Below, in pieces: positions 9,401 through 18,484 of a DNA stretch of 27,987 nt. Each line of letters starts with the position of its first letter. The stretch's first letter is position 1. Below the pieces are notes generated by a model. It ran no database searches and was not told where the DNA came from. It saw only the letters and a program-made list of their open reading frames with translations. Origin of the DNA: a virus (Duplodnaviria > Caudoviricetes); the IMG/VR virus record IMGVR_UViG_3300009684_000137, positions 1 to 27,987 of that record, one strand, 5' to 3'. Made by a program: the position numbers and the translations under genes.

Positions 9401-10091
9401 TATACTGAGTAAGTTGTCTTACATGCAAAGTAAATACCCTCTGTCAGTATATCAAAACCTAACTGCAGGTATAATAAACTTCGACTTAATATACGATACT
9501 ATTATTTTACAATCAGCTAATTACTTAATATGTGATAAGATCTCTGTAGTTGATGGTGAATTTATTAATCCAAAGACATCTAATATAATTACACGTTACA
9601 GAGATGATTTATTTAATACAATTTCGAATAGATACAAGGTAAATAATAATGTATACTTTGCTACGCTTTCTACTTACGATACACCAAACACTTCAACCGC
9701 GTTTGTGTATCCAATTATTAACAAACTTGATCTAAATACACTTAAGCTACATCAAATATTCCCAGATACAACAATATCTGATTATACAAATGATTTTAGT
9801 ATTGCAACAGATGGTGTATTATACGTGCAAGCTGATACACCACAATTAACTTATAACTCTGACCTGAATATATTTAACATTTCGTATGTATTAAAGGATC
9901 AGAATAAATTGCCGTATTTATTTACAGTAAACTTCAGAGATAATGTTAGTGATATTATAGACTATACTTATGGTTATAAGTTTGGATCTAATAACATAAC
10001 AGCCGTGTTTACATCAAGCAACACTCTAAGTTCATTCAGTACATTTATACAGGGTGGAAGTTACTCATTCAATAATTACTTAAAGTTATGA
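6480..10091 (+). CDS. Large virion structural protein with multiple N-terminal PKD-like domains
   Basis: 1203 aa with AVWDFGDGNS..YTYNADGNYIVNVTL, IEWSFGDGT and IIWNYSDSE..VTHKY. It has a late promoter and sits in the structural cluster. Confidence 0.75.
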   Translation: MSDVVVSNTILDYSLVRYYNIPHTTVVNFCAGFLFPNNKDLVKAVWDFGDGNSAVITLPSSSYSSILSSINNVSNFFPSWTTTTAEDKSVLIPKFDTIYTYNADGNYIVNVTLIDSSGVSYTGESITVTVASTNKIYTVPASWDTISQTYTVGTDVNYLLADGQPAVTTVASSVSSLPLTVGYEIKNINRLDIDYIEWSFGDGTVDVTSVFGSPITTDISRNNYTYRLLPSQLVYVPQVTLYFNNKTKYKVQVPTLPLLDTSNICFGIADSNQSEVLATAPFNITPVLSYDLPVEVKFISVIDKGLKYIIWNYSDSEYNVVPVTYTDSLSNMVQVQEVTHKYTSVNYYGFYPTCLFIYDNNGSYSAKSFKPSKLLNYQLGLINNKPDSNGNAATGNNYYIFSTTNYEKYQRISSLVEYPPTNTGFATLHLRLSLELTDQILYFEKIVWKVGNRKITQDKNTSESFGKLTIPNIPTSSTLNTPIDITATLYGIPAIFADATGDNFMVEYDSYSRPVYVNDKDYQESINEESKTTIAQGPITPPTIITTDLGVEIITPIIDTNVVVVEEEVPVYIGSNIVFEKLFTATNPIGNFLNRYYPTVASSPSNNFVTKRVIGFFRPSKTTPVVVDPGKFTFTINLESLEYNKPYYFPDPYKYGSNIEVIDFFSLTQSFKNNARLGYARNEPNQPADSVSFYGYNSSKSKNLKSIVDSGYFHDEKEDIYGNVYGLLKDNNNFRQNINLTEVKEVLYLQLNGYKFYDDIFGENKSFNYALTGILNTQTIRSGLSTVTNGFSARSSQYYTLNFGDFKHITEFISPTEVIDINTQYLHPASVGIRDGAYFTLNDTGRLPDPIRSDLSSFPGTGTYYFSTLLEAGVNTAVPYTRPTFPTLSATFTQSVRVSANNGVIDVDGGSFLTNYNTTESFYSLTEKAYVDSVDPKAVTTYTTNTTISTNSIVERNSLLGSVVVGDAMGNYDNILSKLSYMQSKYPLSVYQNLTAGIINFDLIYDTIILQSANYLICDKISVVDGEFINPKTSNIITRYRDDLFNTISNRYKVNNNVYFATLSTYDTPNTSTAFVYPIINKLDLNTLKLHQIFPDTTISDYTNDFSIATDGVLYVQADTPQLTYNSDLNIFNISYVLKDQNKLPYLFTVNFRDNVSDIIDYTYGYKFGSNNITAVFTSSNTLSSFSTFIQGGSYSFNNYLKL

Positions 10092-10606
10092 CATCATACA
10101 CTCTAAATCTTTCATCTAATCCGTCTCTAAGTAATGTTTATCTACCTAACGTCAATTTTAGTGATATAACCTCATTGACTGTATCACTTTCGGGTATCGA
10201 TAGATCTAGAATACCTACAGATGTTCGTTTTAGATGGGGTGATAATACGGCTGACGAATTTCATAACAATAATTTCTTTATTGATTATAGAGATTTATCT
10301 ATTTTTGATCAAATATTGTATAATGTAAATTATACAATATTAAAAGATTATAATCATATATACTATCCATCAGCCAACTCACTCGCAGTAAAGATTAGTT
10401 GTCAAACACTAGTAACTTATCAGGATAGTACATCTTGTAGATTTATTCAACCAATTACAGTGTATTCACCATCTCACTATGCTAAAATTGGTGACTTAAA
10501 TCTTCTTAGTACAAACTACATTAATACATCACGCGATTTATTATACACATTCTCAGCGAGTGATGGTAGTGTTATAGAATTTGTTTTTAATTCTGAAACA
10601 CTATAA
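10088..10606 (+). CDS. Hypothetical virion protein (degenerate PKD-like)
   Basis: 172 aa with FRWGDNT...YNHIYYP; ATGA overlap with the upstream gene. Confidence 0.65.
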   Translation: MTSYTLNLSSNPSLSNVYLPNVNFSDITSLTVSLSGIDRSRIPTDVRFRWGDNTADEFHNNNFFIDYRDLSIFDQILYNVNYTILKDYNHIYYPSANSLAVKISCQTLVTYQDSTSCRFIQPITVYSPSHYAKIGDLNLLSTNYINTSRDLLYTFSASDGSVIEFVFNSETL

Positions 10607-10612
10607 TTTAAT

Positions 10613-10618
10613 TAAATA
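10613..10618 (+). promoter_or_regulatory. T4-like late promoter core TAAATA
   Basis: ATTAAATA; the core ends 5 nt before ATG 10624. Confidence 0.6.
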
Positions 10619-10623
10619 CATAT

Positions 10624-12819
10624 ATGCCACTTAAACAGTATAACGCTTCATCTTTAATATCTAACCCTCTAGATATTAAATTGCGTGACGTAAGTTTACA
10701 GCAAGGACAAATTTTATTTAACGGTAACTATAAGTTCAATTTTGTTGCTGCGTTATCAGGTATAGCTGATGTACAGACAAAGAATTACAGTAATTTATAT
10801 CTCACCTCAAAAAATAAGCTTAGCACATATGTAAAGCAGTCTGATGTAATTGTAAAATCTAATAGTATCATCACAAATATTGCTTTCGGTGAGTCGTATG
10901 TTGCAGTATTACCTCTATCTAGTTCAGATACTACAAAATTTGATTATTATTACAATGCTGGCATCTCAAATAATCCCACATACAACTTCGAAATTACTTT
11001 TATTGATGAAGAATACTGCACTATTTCATATAATGACAACACTGCACTATATTATCTAGTTGTTGACAATAATGTATGTAAGTTTAAGAAGGCATTATTA
11101 TATAACACTAACTTTACACCAACGGGGAGTCAATTCTTTAGGTATCTTCTAAATGATAATAAGATTTTCTTTTTAAAACCAGCAAATGCATTACAACTTA
11201 CATCAGTTGGTGGTAAATTGTCAGCTATTTCCACAATCGGCATCTCACCTAATGCGTTTAGAGACAACTCCTTCAACATTAGCAACATAATTAACCTACA
11301 AGTTAAAGATAAGCTATCAACAGACTATATTAATTACTATAATGGCTCACTTAGTGTTGATCTAGCAAATAGTGAGATAGATTTACCGAATAATTTCCTA
11401 CTTTATAGAAATTTACATACATCTACTATAAACGACCTTAATATTGTAACATTAAAGAATCAAATGTCTGATGATAACAGACTTGTTAGAGGTAACACTT
11501 TATCTTTAAGCTCTCACAATAGTATAACAGATCTTAGAGAATATACTACAATATTTAACGAGATTGATACGGAGTTAGATGAAGGTCTTGAGTTAAATTA
11601 CGTTACATATAACAGAAGCATAAGGATAGTACCAGGTTTAAATGAATTTACGACTGATGCGGTAATGTCTCCGTTTACACAAATAAACATTAACGATACA
11701 AAGTTTAAAGAAGCTGGCTCATTTCCATTTAACACACCTGTATATTCAGATAAAGTATACTATGCTGATAAGCAAGGCGACGGTAGTGAGAAGGTGTATC
11801 TATGCACTTGGTTATCTGGTAGTCCCTTCACTAACAGCAGTGTATGGGTAGATAGATACTATTACCCCAACCTTGTTACAAAAAGACAAGCTCTTTCTAC
11901 TACAGCAGCGTATAATACTACATACAACACTTATCTTGAGCAACTTATAGTTTCAAACGCAAGCTTGAGTAGTTCGATATCTGTAGAACAAGTGTTTGAT
12001 AAGAAAAGTGATATGGCGTTTAAGCCAAACACCCGTTATATTTACGAACGTTTCGATATAGATAAGGTTTCTTTCGATCACTTAAACATATATGGTCAGA
12101 ATTTAGAAAATTACTATACTACTATCAATAGTAATGGTGGGTTTACGTTAAAATGTACTCTAATTACACAACTTTCCGAAAATTATAAGACAATCTCATC
12201 GAAGTTTAGCGGTATTGAAGGTTATGTTTCAATAAGTTACAATAATACAACTGTAAACTTAGAGATATCTCTATACGATCAGTCTTCTAACAGCTATAAA
12301 GTTATTGCTAACTCATTTAAACTTGTTCAGAATATAGATAACAATATAATTCTCAATGTTGATTCAACTAGAGGTGTAATTCAGTTCTTCATTAATGGTG
12401 AAACAGCGAATATACAATACTTCTACCCTCAGTACTACAAATTACTATATGGTGATTTCTATGCCAACGGTAATAAACTAGCAGATTATGTGAGTTATCT
12501 CGATAATGTATTTTTATCTGTATCACCGTTGCCACCTGATGATGTTATTATACTATCTATCAAAGATTCCTTCAACTTTGCGGAAGATTTTGCTATCACA
12601 CTACCATGCGGAATGAGAAATGCTACAGATAACATAACTCAGCTTAACTCATTTACATCAAATCAGAAGAGTAAGTCTAACTCTCTCAACTTAAATATAT
12701 CTAACTTAGGTATTACTGATGAAGTGATGCTCACGCAAATAAAAGATGTAATAAATGCGAGTATATCTGATCTTGCACCTATTAACTCTAACATCAACCA
12801 AATTAATATTATCACATGA
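10624..12819 (+). CDS. Virion structural protein, possible C-terminal LamG/ConA-like beta-sandwich
   Basis: 731 aa. NIILNVDSTRGVIQFFINGE resembles the LamG 'H(V/I)..T.D...G.(L/M).LY.NG' strand pattern. Late promoter present. Confidence 0.6.
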   Translation: MPLKQYNASSLISNPLDIKLRDVSLQQGQILFNGNYKFNFVAALSGIADVQTKNYSNLYLTSKNKLSTYVKQSDVIVKSNSIITNIAFGESYVAVLPLSSSDTTKFDYYYNAGISNNPTYNFEITFIDEEYCTISYNDNTALYYLVVDNNVCKFKKALLYNTNFTPTGSQFFRYLLNDNKIFFLKPANALQLTSVGGKLSAISTIGISPNAFRDNSFNISNIINLQVKDKLSTDYINYYNGSLSVDLANSEIDLPNNFLLYRNLHTSTINDLNIVTLKNQMSDDNRLVRGNTLSLSSHNSITDLREYTTIFNEIDTELDEGLELNYVTYNRSIRIVPGLNEFTTDAVMSPFTQININDTKFKEAGSFPFNTPVYSDKVYYADKQGDGSEKVYLCTWLSGSPFTNSSVWVDRYYYPNLVTKRQALSTTAAYNTTYNTYLEQLIVSNASLSSSISVEQVFDKKSDMAFKPNTRYIYERFDIDKVSFDHLNIYGQNLENYYTTINSNGGFTLKCTLITQLSENYKTISSKFSGIEGYVSISYNNTTVNLEISLYDQSSNSYKVIANSFKLVQNIDNNIILNVDSTRGVIQFFINGETANIQYFYPQYYKLLYGDFYANGNKLADYVSYLDNVFLSVSPLPPDDVIILSIKDSFNFAEDFAITLPCGMRNATDNITQLNSFTSNQKSKSNSLNLNISNLGITDEVMLTQIKDVINASISDLAPINSNINQINIIT

Positions 12820-14537
12820 TAAGATACTTTAAGTATATAGATGCAGGTATATTTACTCTGCAGGACGGTACTCCATACACAGGAGTGGTGAATGTTATGG
12901 GCAATAACGTTTATACAGGTAGTGTCTTTGATTCTCAATCTGTTTTACTATCTGCAACTAGTACATTCTTTGCACAAGTAATTGAAAATAAAATAGATAT
13001 AGGTCCATACTATAGCTCTAATGTACCTATCTATAAGAATAGTATATCGCAACGTGATGTTTTAACGAGTAATACGTTGCGTGATGTATTTGACACATTA
13101 AATTTAAATAACCTAAAAATTTATGCAAGTCAAGTAACATATAACCCTAGTATATTCAATACTCTTACTAAAACACAAGACAAATTAACATATACAACAT
13201 GCTTAACTAGTAATTCTGATACATTTACTGGTAAGTTACTACCTAAGATACGCGTATCAGCTAGCAACACGCAGTATTATACAGTTAGAGGTACATCTCA
13301 AAACTCTAACACACTTTTTCTAACAACATCAGCTGGTAAATATTATTACTTTAATGGTAATCAGCAAATGTCTGGTACTATAAACTCAAACTTATCATCA
13401 AACATAGTTGACGGACTTCAAGCACCTCTTTTTGATAATAAGTTCTTTAAGTATAACCGCTATAATAACTCACTATTTCATACAACATTTGATAAGTGTT
13501 ATGTTTATAATGTCTCATATGGTGAGAACGGATCATACCTATCACTAAGTGATAGTTTCTATATATCTTTAATACGAACCCTTACAGATAGACATAATTC
13601 TGTGTACGGTCCGACCTATAGATCAGCTCTTGTACAAGAGCAAGGTAAATTAGTATTAGAATTGTCGTATGTAAATTCACAAGAATCTATTATAACGTAC
13701 AACGCATCAGATCTAGGATTTAATTCTATAAATAGAATTGTTCAACGTTTTGAAGACGATATTTTAGCTGTTATTGGTAGTATTAAAAATGTAACCTATA
13801 TTAAAGTGTATGACATTTCTACATTATTAACAAATACAGATTCTATTTACTCTTCTGAATTAAAAAATGCAAACTTAACTGATACATTTGAGTTTGCACA
13901 ATTTGATTCAAATATTCTAATAAGTAGAAGGTATAAATCAGATGGTACAATTGATATTGTAGAATTTAGAACATTAACTTCAAGTGAATATCCTATATTA
14001 CAATTTTCAAACAGTAGCTCACTTGGTATATTGCAATACAATAACATAATTAATGAACAATATGTAAATATTAATGCCGCTGATATTATTTTGCTGCAGA
14101 TGGATACACCTAGCAACAATAACATTATATACGATATTCAATTTTCTTGTAGTAATACATTAAATGCAGCGTTATTTTTAAATGATAGCTTTACTATTGT
14201 TAATAATTCTACATTTCTAAGCATACCACCTACAACATTACCGAAAAACTATGTAAGTATTGACTTATTTGATAACAGTATTGGTTTAAATATTAATAAT
14301 ATTACAAAAAATATACTAAGTGATGTATTGTCACTATATTCAAACAGTTCTAAGATGTATAATTATAATACAGGCGCTGTAACTGGAACAAAACCAGCAA
14401 CTATTGATAGTGTTGGTGTAAGTGATTTATATATGTACGAAAATGAGTATATAAATGTAGGCACATTAAATCGAATAATCAATGAGTTATTCAGTATTCA
14501 ACAAAAACTTGCTGTTAATACTAACTCTCAAGTATAA
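12816..14537 (+). CDS. Hypothetical virion structural protein
   Basis: 573 aa with ATGA coupling to the upstream gene. N-terminus FTLQDGTPYTGVVNV; C-terminus YENEYINVGTLNRIINELFSIQQKL (helical). Confidence 0.65.
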   Translation: MIRYFKYIDAGIFTLQDGTPYTGVVNVMGNNVYTGSVFDSQSVLLSATSTFFAQVIENKIDIGPYYSSNVPIYKNSISQRDVLTSNTLRDVFDTLNLNNLKIYASQVTYNPSIFNTLTKTQDKLTYTTCLTSNSDTFTGKLLPKIRVSASNTQYYTVRGTSQNSNTLFLTTSAGKYYYFNGNQQMSGTINSNLSSNIVDGLQAPLFDNKFFKYNRYNNSLFHTTFDKCYVYNVSYGENGSYLSLSDSFYISLIRTLTDRHNSVYGPTYRSALVQEQGKLVLELSYVNSQESIITYNASDLGFNSINRIVQRFEDDILAVIGSIKNVTYIKVYDISTLLTNTDSIYSSELKNANLTDTFEFAQFDSNILISRRYKSDGTIDIVEFRTLTSSEYPILQFSNSSSLGILQYNNIINEQYVNINAADIILLQMDTPSNNNIIYDIQFSCSNTLNAALFLNDSFTIVNNSTFLSIPPTTLPKNYVSIDLFDNSIGLNINNITKNILSDVLSLYSNSSKMYNYNTGAVTGTKPATIDSVGVSDLYMYENEYINVGTLNRIINELFSIQQKLAVNTNSQV

Positions 14538-14540
14538 ATA
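14533..14540 (+). promoter_or_regulatory. T4 late promoter TATAAATA
   Basis: Perfect consensus, ending 5 nt before ATG 14546. Confidence 0.8.
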
Positions 14541-14545
14541 ATTTT

Positions 14546-15121
14546 ATGCCAGCAAATTTGACAGGACAGAATATAGCAGATGTATACTCATCGTTCTTAC
14601 ACTTGAGTTCAGCTTCTCTATCTGTAGGTTTAGTGCCTGTTTTTGATGGGATAGGTAATAAGACTACTTTACAACTGTCAACAACAAGTGCAAGTATATC
14701 AAATCTAGATATTAACAACATATCTTACCCTCAGAGTATCGGATCAGTACAGGGTGTTGTTGTATCAGATGGTGTATCTCAACTTTCTATAAGATCAATA
14801 TCATCTGTACTGTCAAGCATAAACGCAACAGTACTTACTGACGGTACATACAGTGCACCTGTTATTACAGTAACTAATAATCAAGTATCTCAGATTGTTA
14901 GTTCACTTGATAATAAAACATTTTTTTACCCAACTAGAATATCAACTCAAGCAGGTCCCAGTAGAGAGCAATTACTTAGTGTTGTAAGCTGGAATTCTCC
15001 ACAAGTTGGTGATAAATTAAACATACTTCAAAAAATAACAAGTAATAGTACATTAGTAGATTTAGCTGTTAATGTATTTACTTACACACTTAGTGGTTGG
15101 GGTAATCCTGTAACATATTAA
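14546..15121 (+). CDS. Putative tail fibre-associated protein
   Basis: 191 aa, Ser/Thr/Val-rich. The N-terminus LTGQNIADVY...DGIGNKTTLQLS and the segment GTYSAPVITV are fibre-like. Confidence 0.6.
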   Translation: MPANLTGQNIADVYSSFLHLSSASLSVGLVPVFDGIGNKTTLQLSTTSASISNLDINNISYPQSIGSVQGVVVSDGVSQLSIRSISSVLSSINATVLTDGTYSAPVITVTNNQVSQIVSSLDNKTFFYPTRISTQAGPSREQLLSVVSWNSPQVGDKLNILQKITSNSTLVDLAVNVFTYTLSGWGNPVTY

Positions 15122-15125
15122 TACA

Positions 15126-16247
15126 ATGGCAGATATACAAGTAATAAAACTAAAAGTACGCCGTGGCACAAACAGCCAACGTCGTCTCGTTATTTTAGAT
15201 GAGGGTGAGTTAGGGTACACTATAGATACACAACGTCTATATGTTGGAACTGGAACATTATCTGGTGGTGTACCTGCTGCTCCTAAAATTCATGGTATAC
15301 TTAATAGTTATACAGGCCTATCTACACTACAACCTGAAATAGGTGATATTGTGTACGCAGGTAACTTGTTATATCAATACAATAGCTCTGGTTTATGGCA
15401 GTTTATAGGCTCTCAAGTTGATACTGGTACTATATCTTATGATGTCGATAATCAACTCTCTGTTGCATTAAGCTCTATTAATAGTGCCTACTTAAATCAA
15501 GCTCAATTATCTAGCTCAAGCGTTGCTTTTGATGGTACAGGTCGTTTTGTTATTAATTATAATACAACACAATTTGGAATATCTGGAACGTCATTTGCTC
15601 TAGCAGCTAGCGCTATTAAGCCTATACATATCGACCCTTCAGTTGTTTCGAGAGGTTTACGAGGTGGTAATGGCGTAGCTCTTAGCGCATATGTTGATGG
15701 TGTTAGTATAGGATATAATAGCTCAAATCAACTAACAGTAATTGGTACACCTATTTCCGCTATTTCTTATAGTAGCTTACTTTGCGGTTTTGAAGTTAAC
15801 CCCTTTAATAACGCAGTTAGTACACTGGTACGAGGTGTCGATCCAAATTATCTCGCTCTTTCAAGTGGTATTGTAACGTTCTCCAGTGGAGCTACTTCAC
15901 CGTCAGTGAGTAGTACTCTTGTTGCTAGTGAGTTAGCTGCACCTATTGTTCAAAATGGTTTCGTTAGATCGATTGTATCGTCAATTTACGACCTACTTTC
16001 TTGTAACCTGTCTGGTAGTATTTACAATGGATCACCAGATCAGGTAAAAGCTGGATACACTCCTAGTTATGGTAGAACTACATTTACAGCAATATCATCA
16101 GATAGCACTGGAAATACAACATACCCTGTGCTATCATCAGCAGGATTCATTGTATTTGAAGGTAATAGTAATGATACCGGTCTTAGCGCAAGAAACAACT
16201 CTAACCACATTCCAGGTAGATTTGCAATACCTGTGTTTACATTTTAA
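15126..16247 (+). CDS. Tail fibre protein with Mtd N-terminal-like (major tropism determinant/hyaluronidase-N) domain
   Basis: KLKVRRGTNSQR..VILDEGELGYTIDTQRLYVGTG is the 'RRG...L..GE.G..TDT..LY.G.G' fibre N-domain motif, followed by VDxxTI/SI shaft-like repeats. Confidence 0.75.
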   Translation: MADIQVIKLKVRRGTNSQRRLVILDEGELGYTIDTQRLYVGTGTLSGGVPAAPKIHGILNSYTGLSTLQPEIGDIVYAGNLLYQYNSSGLWQFIGSQVDTGTISYDVDNQLSVALSSINSAYLNQAQLSSSSVAFDGTGRFVINYNTTQFGISGTSFALAASAIKPIHIDPSVVSRGLRGGNGVALSAYVDGVSIGYNSSNQLTVIGTPISAISYSSLLCGFEVNPFNNAVSTLVRGVDPNYLALSSGIVTFSSGATSPSVSSTLVASELAAPIVQNGFVRSIVSSIYDLLSCNLSGSIYNGSPDQVKAGYTPSYGRTTFTAISSDSTGNTTYPVLSSAGFIVFEGNSNDTGLSARNNSNHIPGRFAIPVFTF

Positions 16248-16252
16248 TCTTT

Positions 16253-17557
16253 ATGGGTAAATCAATCGAAATTTTAGAAAATACTTTACTTAAGCTATTA
16301 GTACGTAGTGGTTCTGATAGTGATAGAAAAACTGTTGTATTAGATTCAGCAGAAATTGGTTATACAACAGATACAAAGCGACTATATGTTGGTGATGGTC
16401 TTACTGCTGGTGGTATCTTAGTAGGTAATGTATTTAAGGGTTCAGTATCTGATGTTACCACTGGCCTGACAAATCCGGCTGTAGGTGATTTAGCATACGA
16501 TACTGATAATAAAATATTATATCGCTTACAAAACAGTACATATTCAAATTTATCTAGCTGGGAACAAATTGGTGGTGTGTATGCAGCTGCTAATAATACA
16601 ATAAAAGTATCCTCAACTAATACAGTTAGTGTTTGTGCTATTTCAGCTTATAACATTTCTTCTAATGCTCTAGGTAATTCTTTAACTCTAGATACCGGCA
16701 AGGTAACATTATCTTCTACTATAGCTATAGATAAAATCATACCTAACATAAGCACTTATGTCACATTGCCGAGTGCTCTGAATATTAACACAATAAATTA
16801 CAAGTTTCCGTCTAGTGCATTATCTTCTAATACAGTTTTAACTACAGATAGTTCAGGTAATTTGAGTTGGGCAAGTTTTAATTCATTCATGCCAGCTGCT
16901 TCTGGTTCATCTACTATTACAATACTTTCATCTACTGTTACAGTAGGCCCAGGTTTAACTGCTTTATTACCTTCATCTACTATAACAATACCTTCAACTA
17001 ATATTACAGTAGGTCAAGGTTTAACTGCTACAGTTAACGGTTTATCAGCCACGACATTCAATGCAATTTCAAGTGGTAATGTGCAGATAGGTGGATTATT
17101 TGTACCAAAGGCACATGCTACATTTACACAAGCAGGTACCGTTACGAGAAAGGCTAGTGTTGCAAGTGTATCAGCTGTAAACTTTAGTTATGTAAGTACT
17201 CAAGTTAGTAATACATTATTTGGGTTTACACCAAGACAGACTGATTCTAACTTAGATTACCGTGGAGCTTCTGGGTACTTAATTACAACTACTGATACAT
17301 TTGATCCAACAACAGTTGTAATTGATGTCGTTGCTAAAAATGCAGCTCACTCTTGGACTAACAACTACTACAAATATGGTGAAGATCCGACAATTAAGCC
17401 ATATTATAAAGCAATTGGACCACCTGGCGTTCCAACAAGTCAAATACTTGTATTCTTTTACACAATACCAATTGGTGCTTATGGTCAACCACAAGGACCT
17501 GTAGTAACATCCGGCTACGTTAGTAACGATACTAGATTTAGTGTTACTGTGTATTAA
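16253..17557 (+). CDS. Second tail fibre protein with Mtd N-terminal-like domain
   Basis: LLVRSGSDSDRKTVVLDSAEIGYTTDTKRLYVGDGLTAGG; also the fibre motif VLTTDSSGNLSW. Confidence 0.75.
   Translation: MGKSIEILENTLLKLLVRSGSDSDRKTVVLDSAEIGYTTDTKRLYVGDGLTAGGILVGNVFKGSVSDVTTGLTNPAVGDLAYDTDNKILYRLQNSTYSNLSSWEQIGGVYAAANNTIKVSSTNTVSVCAISAYNISSNALGNSLTLDTGKVTLSSTIAIDKIIPNISTYVTLPSALNINTINYKFPSSALSSNTVLTTDSSGNLSWASFNSFMPAASGSSTITILSSTVTVGPGLTALLPSSTITIPSTNITVGQGLTATVNGLSATTFNAISSGNVQIGGLFVPKAHATFTQAGTVTRKASVASVSAVNFSYVSTQVSNTLFGFTPRQTDSNLDYRGASGYLITTTDTFDPTTVVIDVVAKNAAHSWTNNYYKYGEDPTIKPYYKAIGPPGVPTSQILVFFYTIPIGAYGQPQGPVVTSGYVSNDTRFSVTVY
16907..17029 (+). repeat. Imperfect 57-bp duplication with a 66-bp period inside the fibre gene
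   Basis: SSTITILSSTVTVGPGLTA (16907-16963) versus SSTITIPSTNITVGQGLTA (16973-17029). Confidence 0.8.
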
Positions 17558-17569
17558 CACTTATAACAT

Positions 17570-17575
17570 TAAATA
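17570..17575 (+). promoter_or_regulatory. T4-like late promoter core TAAATA
   Basis: ATTAAATA; the core ends 5 nt before ATG 17581. Confidence 0.55.
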
Positions 17576-17580
17576 TATGT

Positions 17581-17802
17581 ATGAAGATCAGCGAAAAAGC
17601 TAAGGCTTTTTGTGAAGAGTTTTCTGATAATGTCATATGTGATCGCACACGACATAGTATTATCGTCAACATTGAACCTGAATATCTTAGAGTAGTTAAA
17701 AAAGAAATGGCAAAGATGGAATATAACATAGTCTTCTCTAAATACTTTAAAGTGTTAAATACAATAACAATCTGCTTTCAACAACATGCCTTACCCAGCT
17801 GA
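17581..17802 (+). CDS. Small hypothetical protein
   Basis: 73-aa ORF filling the gap, preceded by a late promoter core and overlapping the next gene by 17 nt. Confidence 0.6.
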   Translation: MKISEKAKAFCEEFSDNVICDRTRHSIIVNIEPEYLRVVKKEMAKMEYNIVFSKYFKVLNTITICFQQHALPS

Positions 17803-18460
17803 CATACTACTACCAATTACTGCAAAGTGTTTTTCTTTCAAGAATAACACTGCGTATAATTCTAATTATGATATAACGTGGTCATATTCGTGTTTAGTAT
17901 CTAGTGTTTCCGCTCAATACGGATTTTGTACATATTTAACTACACTAAGCACGTCACCACTTTCTGCGCTATCTGGCCAGTACATAGGATCCAACATTCC
18001 TTATAACATAGCATCTGTAGCATTTGATACTACAGGTTTATTTGCTCTATCTTCTGATATTAGACCAGGCGTCTCACTAGATCGAATAAAAGTTTACTCA
18101 CTTGTTGTTAGAAACAGTAGTAATCAAGTAATATACAATCAAAGCTTATCTGGTACTAATTTTAGCTTCTATAATACTCAGCAAGTAGTGAGATGTAGAT
18201 TTAGCAACCCTCAACAGTTACTTGTAATCGATTATAGAAAGAGTACAGATCCTAATTTCACTACGTTAGCATCTGTACCATTTAGCGCTTCTATCAGCAA
18301 CCCATCTAACTTAAATAATGTATATGTAGGATTTTCTTTCTGTACACCTATTTCAACAACAAACACCAGCACTGCTTCTGCGTTTGTATATAATTTTCAT
18401 ACAGATGGTGTAAGAAACAACACTGCAGTTGAGACGATTACATCTTTACCTTTGACTTAA
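17786..18460 (+). CDS. L-type (legume) lectin/ConA-like domain protein
   Basis: IASVAFDTTG and VYVGFSFCT match the legume-lectin signatures V(A/G)VEFDT and VYVGFSA(S/A)TG. Confidence 0.6.
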   Translation: MPYPADILLPITAKCFSFKNNTAYNSNYDITWSYSCLVSSVSAQYGFCTYLTTLSTSPLSALSGQYIGSNIPYNIASVAFDTTGLFALSSDIRPGVSLDRIKVYSLVVRNSSNQVIYNQSLSGTNFSFYNTQQVVRCRFSNPQQLLVIDYRKSTDPNFTTLASVPFSASISNPSNLNNVYVGFSFCTPISTTNTSTASAFVYNFHTDGVRNNTAVETITSLPLT

Positions 18461-18473
18461 TTAAAGTACATAG

Positions 18474-18479
18474 TAAATA
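18474..18479 (+). promoter_or_regulatory. T4-like late promoter core TAAATA
   Basis: AGTAAATA; the core ends 5 nt before ATG 18485. Confidence 0.55.
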
Positions 18480-18484
18480 CGTAT

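Noticed and set aside
15126-17557. Diversity-generating retroelement targeting the Mtd-N fibres
   Set aside because: No reverse transcriptase, no adenine-mismatched TR/VR repeat pair and no recognisable C-type lectin variable region in this window.
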